From IMG/VR virus record IMGVR_UViG_3300005663_000032: a stretch of DNA of 64,000 nt. One strand, given 5' to 3'. The notes under the pieces were generated by a model. That model ran no database searches. It was given only the letters and a program-made list of their open reading frames with translations, and was not told the origin of the DNA. Shown one piece after another: positions 9,632 through 20,545 of the stretch (within the stretch, counting starts at the first letter, position 1; every line of letters starts with the position of its first letter). The translations under genes and the position numbers were made by a program. Origin of the DNA: an uncultured virus (IMG/VR IMGVR_UViG_3300005663_000032) (lineage: Duplodnaviria; Heunggongvirae; Uroviricota; Caudoviricetes).

Positions 9632-12130
9632 ATGGGTCACTATAAGCTACGTAAGAAACGTGCAATATTTATTGTTTTCATGCTTATAGTACTGCCATTT
9701 TCAATCAAAGATTCAAACCTAAACTTCATTCTTAACGCATCTGCTTATAATATCTATGAGGATAATAATGTTGATGCCGATTCTGATATCGACGCAACTG
9801 CAAATATTGGTACTGATGCAACTAGTTATTTAGATGCACAGATTCTCGATGCAACTGATCAGATAATTACAGAGGGTAATGGTGCGGGATATGTTGCAGG
9901 TGTCAATGATGAAAACGATATTGATAATGATGCAAGCGATATAGACGCAAGTGCAGATATTGGTACTCAAGGAACGTTTTCCAATGCACAAGGCACTGTT
10001 GCTGATACAACATACATGAATATTCAGGAAGGAAATGGACCTGGATATGTAGCAGCAGTTACTAGTAATGAAATTCATGATGCGATTACTGATCTTCATA
10101 CACCTACTGATATTGGTACTTATTCCAATGATGCCAACATGCAATCAGACGATGGAACGATGAATACATTAACAGAGGTTGATGGGGGAGGTGCAGGGAC
10201 ACCGACAATATCAAATGTTTATTTTATTGGAACAGGAAAGAAAGCATCAACCACTGATTTAACAAATGTCGCAGTTGCAGGATCAAATACAGGCTTGTTA
10301 TGTCTATTAGGACATGGTCAAAAAACAAATGGTGGTGGTGCATATGCCACAAGTGTAGTATGGGATGTTGCAGGAGTTGGAGAGGCATTAACTGTTGTTA
10401 CAGGGGGACAACAGCAAAATGTAAAGTCAGTTGTGGAAATGTGGTTAAAAGTAGCACCTACAAGCAAAACTGCAACAGTAACAGTTACTTGGACTTCTAC
10501 TTCTGATACTTGGAACGGAGGGACAGTGGGGTGTTACGTTTTAAATAATCTTGATCAATCAACTCCTTATGATAGTCCTGTTGATTTTAGGACGGGTTCT
10601 GGAACAGCAGTATCAGTAACTATACTAACTGCAACTGGTGATTTGACTATTGACTTAGCACAATCTGGAAACGCAGCTACTTATACCGAGAGTGGAGATG
10701 GGACTGAAGAATATAATAATGTAAATACTTGGTCAACTGCTTCAAGTTCTTATGTGGCAACTGATGGGAGTTCAGATCACGCTTGGACAGCAAGTTTATC
10801 TGGTGGTTGGAGTGAAGTTGGTATATCTTTAAATGGTATTGGAGGAGTTAATTATGAATTTGATAGAGAATTTTCATTTACTGGTTTACCAACAGGAAGA
10901 ACAACAGAAAGACTTGATATTAATACCGGAACTATTGGAACAGAATCATTAATTGTTCAGATATGGGAAGCATCCGCTTGGACAACCGTTGTTACAATAG
11001 TTGATGCAAATGATGGTGTATGGATTAATACATCGATCAGCTCATGGATGGATGCAACAACTGAAGATTTCAGATTTTTAGGTGGAACAGAAACAACAGA
11101 TACCACATTAAATACATGGGAAATAGATATGGTGATGATTCTCGCAGCCTCTCCCGAATCATTAGATTACGAATTGGATTTTGAATATCAGTGGACAACT
11201 GCCGATGCAGGCCAAACTAGCGAGGAAGTATCGATATGGGTTGGCCCACGATCAGATGCAGAAAATATAGTCGTTGATTATTGGAGTGGTTCTTGGACAA
11301 ATATTGGTACAATCAATGCGGCTTCCACACATTTTAATTTTACGGCAACAGGAATTGCTTCTACATATACATTAAGATTTACTGGATCTTCAGAAGCAGC
11401 CGATGGAACTCAAACTAATTGGGATATAGATTTAATCACACTCCATACTTGGACTGCCGAGGTTCTTGATTATGAACTTCAATGGGAGCACCAATCTACA
11501 ACAGTAGATACCAATAAAGACACATACAACGTAACCATTTATGGATCTGCGACAGAAGACATGGAGATACAGACATGGGATATTGGGGGCACTGCATGGA
11601 ATGCTCCACTGACACTACAAATCTCAACAACTGAGCAATGGTATAACCAAACGGTGGATGCAAACGCCATTGGTACTACAATCACATGGAGATATCGGGG
11701 GACATCAGAAGCTGCCGATGCCGTACAAGATACTTTTAATATTGACTATGCCGGAGTTGCCGCTTGGAATCACACCATGGATATTATCGAAGCATCAATA
11801 GGGATTACTGATTATAAACAAGGGAGTGGGAATATATCAATTGATGAGGGGTTCATGAGAATTAATGTTACCAGTGGTGTTTCATATACAATACAGATTA
11901 GAGGAGTTGATGGGACCAGATCTCCAGTTACGAGCAATTGGTTGTTTTTTGATATCGATAGTGATCCTGCAGGGGCAATACAACTAACAACTTCTTATCA
12001 AAATGTTTACATCGGAAATCCCGCTGCAGACATTACCGTTTCAAGCATATATATTTTTCTAGATATTCCTGATGGTGAAGACGATGGGGCGGTGACGGCA
12101 ACTATCTGGGTACAAATCATAGTTGCATAA
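9632..12130 (+). CDS. secreted acidic beta-rich adhesin-like protein with nested repeats
   Basis: Signal peptide; three D..DIGT...EG segments, a unique core, three YE(L/F)..E...W.ID segments. Confidence 0.85.
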   Translation: MGHYKLRKKRAIFIVFMLIVLPFSIKDSNLNFILNASAYNIYEDNNVDADSDIDATANIGTDATSYLDAQILDATDQIITEGNGAGYVAGVNDENDIDNDASDIDASADIGTQGTFSNAQGTVADTTYMNIQEGNGPGYVAAVTSNEIHDAITDLHTPTDIGTYSNDANMQSDDGTMNTLTEVDGGGAGTPTISNVYFIGTGKKASTTDLTNVAVAGSNTGLLCLLGHGQKTNGGGAYATSVVWDVAGVGEALTVVTGGQQQNVKSVVEMWLKVAPTSKTATVTVTWTSTSDTWNGGTVGCYVLNNLDQSTPYDSPVDFRTGSGTAVSVTILTATGDLTIDLAQSGNAATYTESGDGTEEYNNVNTWSTASSSYVATDGSSDHAWTASLSGGWSEVGISLNGIGGVNYEFDREFSFTGLPTGRTTERLDINTGTIGTESLIVQIWEASAWTTVVTIVDANDGVWINTSISSWMDATTEDFRFLGGTETTDTTLNTWEIDMVMILAASPESLDYELDFEYQWTTADAGQTSEEVSIWVGPRSDAENIVVDYWSGSWTNIGTINAASTHFNFTATGIASTYTLRFTGSSEAADGTQTNWDIDLITLHTWTAEVLDYELQWEHQSTTVDTNKDTYNVTIYGSATEDMEIQTWDIGGTAWNAPLTLQISTTEQWYNQTVDANAIGTTITWRYRGTSEAADAVQDTFNIDYAGVAAWNHTMDIIEASIGITDYKQGSGNISIDEGFMRINVTSGVSYTIQIRGVDGTRSPVTSNWLFFDIDSDPAGAIQLTTSYQNVYIGNPAADITVSSIYIFLDIPDGEDDGAVTATIWVQIIVA

Positions 12131-12204
12131 ATCCTTCTAAATAAAAACATGCGTTTTTTTGAACACATGCAGAAACCTAAAATAATGTGGTCTTCTAAAG
12201 GAAC

Positions 12205-13209
12205 ATGAACAATATGATTGCTAAAAAAACAATATATATCGGGGCAGGATTAATATTTCTAATCGCTGCTTTACTCCTAGCACCACTTATCGCTTTTGGG
12301 GCCACTAGTGACAGCCTCACCGCTACTTTTACACTTAACGCCACACCTGTTGTATCAAATGTAAATTTCGTCGATAGTGCATATGCGTCGACCGCAACAT
12401 TAACTCCAGATAACACTGCCATATTTGGTGTAGATTTTGATGTATCACTCTCATCTGGAATGACTGATATACTGAACGTAACGATTTACATTTTCGACGA
12501 TTCGGTCCACGGTGCAGATTTCAACACAACTCCTGCGGATGGTGATGAGTTAATCACTATCTTATGGATAGAGGCAACAGATACATGGTCTATTGATCAA
12601 GGCGCATTCTCTGAATGGACAATGCAATCACCAATTGATCCTGGTATAGGAAACGCATCGACAACTGGGGATTTCCGTGCAATGTTTGACATTTCATGGG
12701 CTGCCGCTGCATCTGCAGATTGGAATGCATCTGTATTTGTGTTTGATGATGACGGAACTCCTGAATATGACTTTGCATCAGAAGTTGCATTTGTTACCAT
12801 GAATAATAATTTTGATATTAGCTATTCAGTTACCACTATATCTTGGGGTAATGATATAGTTCCATCTTCAGTTAATAACACCCAACTAACAGCAGTTACA
12901 GTACAGATACGCGCAAATGCTCAGTGGGAAACAAGCGCGAGTGCAGTGGATTTCACTCCGGGGCCAATAGATGTGGAGGCATTACTGATTTTAATTTGGG
13001 ACGAGGATAATTCCGCAGGAGGGAACTCAGTACAGATTCAGAATACGGAGAATATATTAGAGGGCACGTGGGACAACCAAGTGCGGATGCCGGGTGAGGC
13101 AAACGTCACCCGTTCATACTATGTATTTCTGAGTGCAGATGTCGGTGGCTGGTCAGTCGGTCAGTTGTATACGACAACTATTTCGATATTCATAGCAGCA
13201 AACACCTAA
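12205..13209 (+). CDS. secreted beta-rich protein, possible fibre/pilin subunit
   Basis: Signal peptide, acidic, no anchor, own AACACATGC promoter motif. Confidence 0.8.
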   Translation: MNNMIAKKTIYIGAGLIFLIAALLLAPLIAFGATSDSLTATFTLNATPVVSNVNFVDSAYASTATLTPDNTAIFGVDFDVSLSSGMTDILNVTIYIFDDSVHGADFNTTPADGDELITILWIEATDTWSIDQGAFSEWTMQSPIDPGIGNASTTGDFRAMFDISWAAAASADWNASVFVFDDDGTPEYDFASEVAFVTMNNNFDISYSVTTISWGNDIVPSSVNNTQLTAVTVQIRANAQWETSASAVDFTPGPIDVEALLILIWDEDNSAGGNSVQIQNTENILEGTWDNQVRMPGEANVTRSYYVFLSADVGGWSVGQLYTTTISIFIAANT

Positions 13210-13252
13210 GTTGATTATCAATATTTAAAAAATACCAGAAGAAGAAAAACCT

Positions 13253-14422
13253 GTGAAAAAACAAGCAATCATACTTCTATTATTCATTCCTTTTTTCAAT
13301 AATGTTCAGCTAGCAACCGCAACTACATACAGCTTTCCTGAATATTATTTCTATATAGATGCACCTACAACAATTTCCTATCCCGAGATGAAATTTTCAA
13401 TCATAAGTGGGGGTCTTCCAAGTAATATCTCATGTTGGCAACGAGAAATAGAGGGTTTAAATATCAACGTTACGTTGGAGTGGTATGATCGCCCCTTTGC
13501 AGCAAACGAACGTGTTGAGAATCATTACGCGATTCATGTGGGCGAAACATTTGCTATCACTACGCCTGTAAAGATAGCCTGTCAAGAAACCTATGCCGAT
13601 GGCAATCTTGCCGCCGGGGGGACCGTTACTAATTGGGTTACATATATTTCGGAAGAATCCGGCTCTTTCCTTGATCTAAATATTATTGATCAAAGTGGGC
13701 GTCTTCGCAATAGTACAGTTTACATACAACATCGGGTGAATAATTCAATGCCATGGACTCCGATAAAAACATTCAATGGATCGGGACTGAATATATTACT
13801 TCCCAACGGATTGTATCAGGTATTGGCAAAAGATATAGATTCATCAATTGCAGGCGAAATTATATTTGAATTGAATTCTGATATATCTGTTAATGTTGAA
13901 TTGGAATTAGTTGGTTTTAGTTCATTCAAATTGCTGAATTCTAGAGGAATATTAGAAATTGAAATGTTGATAAATAATTATGTGGGTGTTTTAACCAATG
14001 TTTCTATTTTTGGGGAATTATATTTCGAGGGTAAATTATTTCAGGTTACCAACTATGTGAGATTATCTGAGTTTTCCAAAACTGAGGATTTCATGCTAAC
14101 CATTGGGTTCCCTGTATTTGAATGGAAAACTGGAAACTACACCGTTATTGGTCATATTTATGCAGGCGAAGTTAGCATTGCCGAACGAGAAGCAAGATTC
14201 TCTTATGAAACTCCACCTCCTTCCGATGAAGATAGAACATGGATAATTTATGCATTAATTATTGCAATTATCGGAATTTCAATCCCAACAATAATATTCA
14301 TTAAGCAGAGATATCAAGATGAGTTAGAGGTAGATGAACGTGTACTCGAGAGATGTAACTCATGCAACACCGAAAACATGGCGCCGTTTGTCTATTGCTC
14401 GGATTGTGGGGCGAAACAATAA
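13253..14422 (+). CDS. secreted Ig-like protein with C-terminal TM and cytoplasmic zinc ribbon
   Basis: Signal peptide, TM, CNSC...YCSDCG. Confidence 0.8.
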   Translation: MKKQAIILLLFIPFFNNVQLATATTYSFPEYYFYIDAPTTISYPEMKFSIISGGLPSNISCWQREIEGLNINVTLEWYDRPFAANERVENHYAIHVGETFAITTPVKIACQETYADGNLAAGGTVTNWVTYISEESGSFLDLNIIDQSGRLRNSTVYIQHRVNNSMPWTPIKTFNGSGLNILLPNGLYQVLAKDIDSSIAGEIIFELNSDISVNVELELVGFSSFKLLNSRGILEIEMLINNYVGVLTNVSIFGELYFEGKLFQVTNYVRLSEFSKTEDFMLTIGFPVFEWKTGNYTVIGHIYAGEVSIAEREARFSYETPPPSDEDRTWIIYALIIAIIGISIPTIIFIKQRYQDELEVDERVLERCNSCNTENMAPFVYCSDCGAKQ

Positions 14423-15134
14423 AACTATCTGGATATTAATTTTAATATTATTATTTTCTTCTGCACAATTTTCTAGTGGTGATAACATAACTGGAACATG
14501 GCAATTGGACCCAAATGGGTTCAGACCAGTGTTTACAGAATATGAAGATTTTCCTGCGTTGATAGTGCCAGGTGAAGACGCATTATTTCAGGCAAAAATA
14601 AATGATATTGATAATTCATCTGCTGAACTTAGCATAACAATTTATTCTAGTAATGATACTTTTTCTGTTTACAATGATTCTACAGTGATGAGTTTCATTA
14701 TAGAAGATCCTGCTGATATATTTGAATTCACATTCAACTGGTTGGGCGAGAACGCATCCACATATTATGATTTTTATTATGTGGCCTTTGACGGGATATC
14801 ATATGTTCGGTCAAGTAATCCATCATATTATTCAATCCAATGGCAATTTGCCGATGTTGCAGATGTAGGTGTAGGTGGATTAGATAGCAGTGGTTATGCT
14901 CCAGTTCCGGAAGTATTTGATCTCGGTGGTGCAACAGAAACTGAGAAAAAAATAATTAGTTTTCTTAGTATTTTATTTTTCATATTGGCGGCAATATTAT
15001 TATTTTTACTGATTGATAACCGTATGAAAAAACGTGCTCATTATTCCAAGAAAATAGTAAAAGGAAAAGTCAAGAAGAAACGAAAGAAAAACAAACGGAA
15101 ATTCAGAGTTGCACAAGGGAAAAAATTCATCTAA
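14406..15134 (+). CDS. membrane-anchored surface protein related to the N-domain of 12205..13209
   Basis: Likely GTG start 14406 yields a clean signal peptide; C-terminal TM plus long basic tail. Confidence 0.7.
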   Translation: MGRNNKTIWILILILLFSSAQFSSGDNITGTWQLDPNGFRPVFTEYEDFPALIVPGEDALFQAKINDIDNSSAELSITIYSSNDTFSVYNDSTVMSFIIEDPADIFEFTFNWLGENASTYYDFYYVAFDGISYVRSSNPSYYSIQWQFADVADVGVGGLDSSGYAPVPEVFDLGGATETEKKIISFLSILFFILAAILLFLLIDNRMKKRAHYSKKIVKGKVKKKRKKNKRKFRVAQGKKFI

Positions 15135-15405
15135 ACGAACTATGTTTATTCCACAGATTAATAAAGAAAACTATAATATTCTCACAATGATAATAAAATC
15201 ATTAAAATTAACTAGAAAGACACAAGTTGCACAATATGAAATGTTGACCATCGAGGCATATTTTGAGAGGGATGAGGGAGAAACTCAGGAGCACTTTCGT
15301 GAGCGTGCCATACTTGAGATGGGCGCAATCTATATCAGAGCAACTGGAAAAGAAGACCCTTACATTGTCAAATCCGAATTTCCTTCAAAGGATGATATGG
15401 ATTGA
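15109..15405 (+). CDS. hypothetical protein
   Basis: ORF; true start probably ATG near 15187. Confidence 0.55.
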   Translation: MHKGKNSSKRTMFIPQINKENYNILTMIIKSLKLTRKTQVAQYEMLTIEAYFERDEGETQEHFRERAILEMGAIYIRATGKEDPYIVKSEFPSKDDMD

Positions 15406-15463
15406 CATTTGTTTACAATAAAAAGCATAAATATAAAAATACATTTCTACATTTCTGTATTGC

Positions 15464-15772
15464 ATGGAATTAATGTATCGTGTACAAGCCAGAAAAAAAG
15501 GGGTTACTGGCTATCGGAACGTATGTCGTCCCACAAAATTTGGCAATTCTTTCTCTATTGAAGAGTATGGTCGAACAAAAGCAGTTCAGTTATACAAGGA
15601 AAAAACAATAAGACCAAAAATAAAGAATGACACCATTGAAGAATGGTTAGGGGATCTTATTGATGCAGAATCAATTGGATGTACCTGCCCCCTCACTTTA
15701 TTATGCCATGCAGATGTATTGGTATGGGTAATAAACAAAATAAGAAAATATAGGAGAATTAAAAATGAATAG
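15464..15772 (+). CDS. DUF4326-like protein
   Basis: RPTKFGNSF and IGCTCPLTLLCHADVL resemble the DUF4326 R...GNPF / LGCWC.P..CHGDVL motifs. Confidence 0.7.
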   Translation: MELMYRVQARKKGVTGYRNVCRPTKFGNSFSIEEYGRTKAVQLYKEKTIRPKIKNDTIEEWLGDLIDAESIGCTCPLTLLCHADVLVWVINKIRKYRRIKNE

Positions 15773-16178
15773 CATGAGTTATAATGATGATTCAGTTAAT
15801 TACAAAAAAGAAGAACCCGAAGTGGAAAAAAGAATAGAACTAAGATGTTCTGCATGTGGGACAAAAAACCCAGATGCTTCATCCTTTTGTATGGAATGTG
15901 GAGTTTCGTTAGTGATTGAACATATCCTTCCTGTGCTGCAAAGGCGTACACAACTGACCCAAGGCTCATGGATGCACACACAACGAACTTCTGATAGTGG
16001 CTGGGCATTAGTATTTGTGCTGATGCTTCTCATCGCCCCAATAGCAATGTATATGGCTTCAATTGGGCCAAAATCGCCCGCCGCACTTATCGCAATCGGG
16101 ATAATTGTATTTGTGGTGCAATCAAAAGACCTCCTATCACATATTAAAGGAAACTCAAAAAATGTCAAACGCAGATGA
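15765..16178 (+). CDS. zinc-ribbon membrane protein
   Basis: CSACGTKNPDASSFCMECG plus two TM. Confidence 0.8.
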   Translation: MNSMSYNDDSVNYKKEEPEVEKRIELRCSACGTKNPDASSFCMECGVSLVIEHILPVLQRRTQLTQGSWMHTQRTSDSGWALVFVLMLLIAPIAMYMASIGPKSPAALIAIGIIVFVVQSKDLLSHIKGNSKNVKRR

Positions 16179-19100
16179 TGTGACTGATTTCTTTCAGCGT
16201 TTTTTCACCGAATACAAGGACGATGATGGTAATTTCAAATATACCAATAGAATAAATCGTATGGTCAGAGACGGCAGTCAATATTTACAGATTGATTATG
16301 ATGATGTATTATTATACGAGGCAGGAGATGGCGATATTTCCACTCCACTTTTTGAAAATCCTTATTTTGTTATGGATTATGCCAATATGGCACTGGGTGA
16401 GGCTGTACGCCAAGAATCAGTAGATTTTTATAATGATATGAATCGTGATGGGGTGGATTTTATGATTCAATTTGTGGACTTACCTATTGAGATAGGTCTC
16501 AGAGATCTGAGGGCAAAACACGTACGCACGATGCGCGTGATTGAGGGCATTGTGACTAGAACCACCGATATAAAGGGAATTATCCGCGAGGCTCAATTTT
16601 TCTGCAAGGAAAACAGAGAACACATAGTGGTGATGACTTTACTCGATGGAATATACTCGTCTCCCAACCAATGCAGTGTTCCGACCTGTAGAAGTAAACA
16701 ATTCTCATTAGAAATGGAATTTTCAAGTCAAGTAGATTGGCAATTGGTCACGCTTCAAGAAATGCCTGAAAACATCTCTGCAGGGCGAACTCCTGTATCA
16801 ATTAGATGTAGATTCACACAAGGGATGGTGGGTTCAGCTAATCCGGGAAACCGTATTGCAGTTACAGGAGTAATTCGGGCTCAATCAAGAAAAACTATCC
16901 AGAAAGGAAAAATCATGTTGTTGGATAAATGGATTGATACCAATCATGTGAAAGTATTGGGTTATCAACAAAAATATGAAGAAATCTTACCAGCAGAATT
17001 AAAAGAATTTGACGAGATGGCAAAAGATCCAAAACTATTTGATAAACTGGTAAATTCGTTTGCCCCAACCATTTATGGGTTAAAAGAGGTAAAAGCAGCA
17101 TTACTTTTATTTTTGTTGGGTGGTGTAGATAAAATACGTGCTGATGGAATTAAATTAAGGGGACAATCCAATATCTTGCTAGTTGGCGATCCAAGTATGG
17201 GAAAATGCTGTCGGGGGGCCACAACCTACGTATTTAGTAATAGAGGCATGAAATTACTTAGTGATTTTTATCAAACAGATGAAATTGAAAGTGACAAAGA
17301 ATTTTCATTGGGAATTGAAACATTTGATTTTCAATCATTCAATCCAAAGAACACGGTGGCAATTTATCAACGCAAACAAGCAAAAACTATAAAGATTACC
17401 AATAGTATAGGATTGGCGATAGAAGGAACTCCACATCACAGAATCATTATTCAAAACAATACTGGTGACATTGAATGGAAACAATTACAAGATATTCAAG
17501 AATCAGACCACATAGTTATTCGTGTGGGTAGCAATCTATTCAACAAATCACACAAAAAGATAACCTTCTCATCACCAATTCAAAAAATAAAGAATACGAA
17601 AAAAATAACAATTCCAAAAACAATGAATATGGACTTGGCTTATTACATTAGTCTATTGATTGGCGATGGCTGTCTAACCAAAAAAAGATGTATTGAATTT
17701 ACAAATGCAGATAAATATTTATTAGATCAATTCGAAAAATTATCTCTTGATCTATTTGGTCTGATTGGGTTTGTACAACTAAAGAAAGGATCTATTGCTT
17801 CTACTGTAGTAATTTCTTCTGTCACATTACAGCGGTTCTTCGATTATTTAGGGCTCGGTGGAAAATACTCTTTTGAGAAAACAATACCCCAACTTATCTT
17901 GGAATCACCAAAATCCGTTCAGATAGCGTGCTTGAAGGGATTATTTGATACCGATGGTGAAATTTCTAAATATGATGTGGCATACACATCAACATCTGAA
18001 CTATTGGTTATACAGGTTCAACTAATATTATTAAATCTAGGGATTGTCACATCTAAGAAAACAAAGACAACAACTCATAGGGATCTCTATCGACTTAGAA
18101 TTGTTGGTGCCTACATTCCTCTCTTCAAAGAATTAATTGGTTTTCGTTGTACACAAAAAAGAACGGCTCTCGACAAAACAAAAGCAAGAAACAAGACCAA
18201 CGTATGTGGAGTTCCAAATATCCAACGTCATTTATACAAATTGTGGTATTCTATTCCCGAGGAGGTTCGTTATAAAAATGGTTATAAAAAAGGATCAAAG
18301 GCAAGTATTGGTGGAGTCACGTTCACTTATCTACGTAGATATTTCTTAAAATCACAAAATCGAAACATTCCTGTTTATAAATTAGGTTCGCTATTAGAGG
18401 GTTTTGCAAAATTATATCCTAAAATTACTCAACTAAAAGAATATAAAAAACTAACAGTATTTACAAAGGGGATGTTCTTTACAAAATTAGCACATAAAAC
18501 AACAGGCATTGCAGATGTAATGGATTTTACAATTCCTGACACCGAATCTTTTACAGCAAATGGTATAATTAATCACAACAGCATATTGCTAAAGTATACT
18601 AAATCCCTATCTGATCGTGCAATATTCACCTCTGGGAAGGGCTCAACTGCAGCAGGTTTAACGGCTGCGATGTTACGGGACCCTGATACGGGCGAATTCA
18701 ATCTAGAAGCCGGGGCAATTGTACTTGCAGATGAAGGATATGTTTGTATTGATGAATTCGATAAGATGAGTGAGAATGATCGGTCTGCAATTCATGAGGC
18801 GATGGAACAACATCAGGTTTCAATATCCAAAGCTGGTATAGTGACAACATTAAATGCCCGAACAGGAATTTTAGCAGCCGCAAATCCAAAATATGGGCGT
18901 TATGAATCACATAGAACATTTATGGAAAATGTAAATTTACCTCCTACAATACTGTCTCGTTTTGATTTAATATTTCCATTACTGGATGATCCCAAACAGA
19001 GGGACGATGCTGCGCGAGTAGAATATATTCTTGCCAGTCATAGAATGGAAACAATAGCAAAAACAACCGAAACTTACTCTACTGCGGTAATGCAAAAATA

Positions 19101-19626
19101 TATTGCATATGCGAAATCAACATCATCCCCCATACTATCAGAGAGTGCTGAACAGGCTATCTTTGAGTTCTATATTAATCTAAGAGAACAGATTGGTGAC
19201 GATAAGGGACGAATCCCCATTACAGATCGTCAACTTGAAAGTATTATCAGATTGGCAGAAGCAAGGGCAAAAATCAATCTTAAAAAAACAGTTTCCAAAC
19301 AAGATGCATTGAAAGCAATTCAACTGGTACAATATTGTCTTGAACAGGTAACAACTGATCCAGAAACTGGAAAATTAGATATAGATTTCATGTATTCGGG
19401 AGAAAGTTCTACCAAACGGACTACAAGGAATAAGATGGAGAAAATCATGGCATTATTGAGTTTCTTCCAACGCACTTACTCGGGGCCATTCAGTGAGGAA
19501 GAATTTCTCAAAGAAGCAGAAAATGAGGGGTTGACTCAAGAATATACAATTGCTGTGTTGGAGCAGTTAAAAAGAGATGGAAAAATTTATACGCCGACGC
19601 CTGGCCGTCTGAAGCTTGCTTCATGA
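16162..19626 (+). CDS. mcm: MCM replicative helicase with intein
   Basis: Zn finger, LQEMPE, APTIYG, Walker A GDPSMGK|S, Walker B CIDEFDKM, AAANP, SRFDL, RQLES, C-terminal wHTH; likely start MSNADD at 16162. Confidence 0.97.
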   Translation: MSNADDVTDFFQRFFTEYKDDDGNFKYTNRINRMVRDGSQYLQIDYDDVLLYEAGDGDISTPLFENPYFVMDYANMALGEAVRQESVDFYNDMNRDGVDFMIQFVDLPIEIGLRDLRAKHVRTMRVIEGIVTRTTDIKGIIREAQFFCKENREHIVVMTLLDGIYSSPNQCSVPTCRSKQFSLEMEFSSQVDWQLVTLQEMPENISAGRTPVSIRCRFTQGMVGSANPGNRIAVTGVIRAQSRKTIQKGKIMLLDKWIDTNHVKVLGYQQKYEEILPAELKEFDEMAKDPKLFDKLVNSFAPTIYGLKEVKAALLLFLLGGVDKIRADGIKLRGQSNILLVGDPSMGKCCRGATTYVFSNRGMKLLSDFYQTDEIESDKEFSLGIETFDFQSFNPKNTVAIYQRKQAKTIKITNSIGLAIEGTPHHRIIIQNNTGDIEWKQLQDIQESDHIVIRVGSNLFNKSHKKITFSSPIQKIKNTKKITIPKTMNMDLAYYISLLIGDGCLTKKRCIEFTNADKYLLDQFEKLSLDLFGLIGFVQLKKGSIASTVVISSVTLQRFFDYLGLGGKYSFEKTIPQLILESPKSVQIACLKGLFDTDGEISKYDVAYTSTSELLVIQVQLILLNLGIVTSKKTKTTTHRDLYRLRIVGAYIPLFKELIGFRCTQKRTALDKTKARNKTNVCGVPNIQRHLYKLWYSIPEEVRYKNGYKKGSKASIGGVTFTYLRRYFLKSQNRNIPVYKLGSLLEGFAKLYPKITQLKEYKKLTVFTKGMFFTKLAHKTTGIADVMDFTIPDTESFTANGIINHNSILLKYTKSLSDRAIFTSGKGSTAAGLTAAMLRDPDTGEFNLEAGAIVLADEGYVCIDEFDKMSENDRSAIHEAMEQHQVSISKAGIVTTLNARTGILAAANPKYGRYESHRTFMENVNLPPTILSRFDLIFPLLDDPKQRDDAARVEYILASHRMETIAKTTETYSTAVMQKYIAYAKSTSSPILSESAEQAIFEFYINLREQIGDDKGRIPITDRQLESIIRLAEARAKINLKKTVSKQDALKAIQLVQYCLEQVTTDPETGKLDIDFMYSGESSTKRTTRNKMEKIMALLSFFQRTYSGPFSEEEFLKEAENEGLTQEYTIAVLEQLKRDGKIYTPTPGRLKLAS
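17206..18579 (+). mobile_element. 458-aa intein with LAGLIDADG homing endonuclease, inserted in the MCM Walker A
   Basis: Starts C after GK, ends IINHN before S; LLIGDG and GLFDTDG motifs; TPHH block B. Confidence 0.95.
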
Positions 19627-19725
19627 TAAATTAACAACATAACTACAAATACGAGAATCTTTAGTCAAAATCATAAATACAAACACATGCAATAATTTTA
19701 TATTGAAGTAAATTAAACTGAATAC

Positions 19726-19938
19726 ATGGCAACAGACAACAGTACAACTTATTGGTTTTTCGGTTGGATTCTTCTTGGATTTATATTAGAATTTGTACTA
19801 ATATTTATGGCAAAAGCCGAAGGTGACGCAGTTATAGATACGATACTCAAAATGTGGGAAGAACCAATTGCCTTATCATTGTTTGGTATATGGCTAGTTG
19901 GTTTAGTGATAACCGGCATGAGAATGGCTAATGACTAG
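19726..19938 (+). CDS. small 2-TM protein
   Basis: Two hydrophobic helices; AAACACATGC motif upstream. Confidence 0.7.
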   Translation: MATDNSTTYWFFGWILLGFILEFVLIFMAKAEGDAVIDTILKMWEEPIALSLFGIWLVGLVITGMRMAND

Positions 19939-19946
19939 GGATCGAC

Positions 19947-20507
19947 ATGAATAAGCGACCTCATTATATTGTTAAGGATAATAAGAAACAGATTAGATCA
20001 ACAAAACAAAAATCACAAAAAACACAAAAAACAAAAACATCGAATTTAAAACCTCTCCATGAAGAGAAAAAATTAAACAAGAAACAAAGGAAACAGCAAG
20101 AAAAAGCAGAATCTGATTTTTATTTTACACCCGAAAAAAAACAATATCTGAATTCCCAAATAGAATTCAGACAAAAAACGTTGGCACAAGCGGACAAAAA
20201 ACACGATGCACTCATCAAAAAAGCTAAGAAAAAGAAAGCGGACAAAAAAGCAGAACAATCTGCCAGATTATATGCGGAAGCCGCCGTTATTGCAGCTGAG
20301 ATGAAAACCCTTGAACTTGAATTATCTATACATAAACACTATTTAGCTTCCATCAACACCCCATCGGTTCAGAATATGGATTTAGCCACATTGCGGGCAA
20401 CAATAGAAGTGACAGTTGCCAAACGAGAGGGCACCACTGAGTCTTCAGGCCCACAGCCTCCACTTATCAGTCAACCAATTCCACCACTTGTATTGCCCAA
20501 GGCTTGA
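19947..20507 (+). CDS. basic coiled-coil protein with Pro-rich tail
   Basis: K/Q-rich, helical. Confidence 0.7.
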   Translation: MNKRPHYIVKDNKKQIRSTKQKSQKTQKTKTSNLKPLHEEKKLNKKQRKQQEKAESDFYFTPEKKQYLNSQIEFRQKTLAQADKKHDALIKKAKKKKADKKAEQSARLYAEAAVIAAEMKTLELELSIHKHYLASINTPSVQNMDLATLRATIEVTVAKREGTTESSGPQPPLISQPIPPLVLPKA

Positions 20508-20545
20508 ACCACATATTAATAAATAATACAAACTCATAATGTTTT

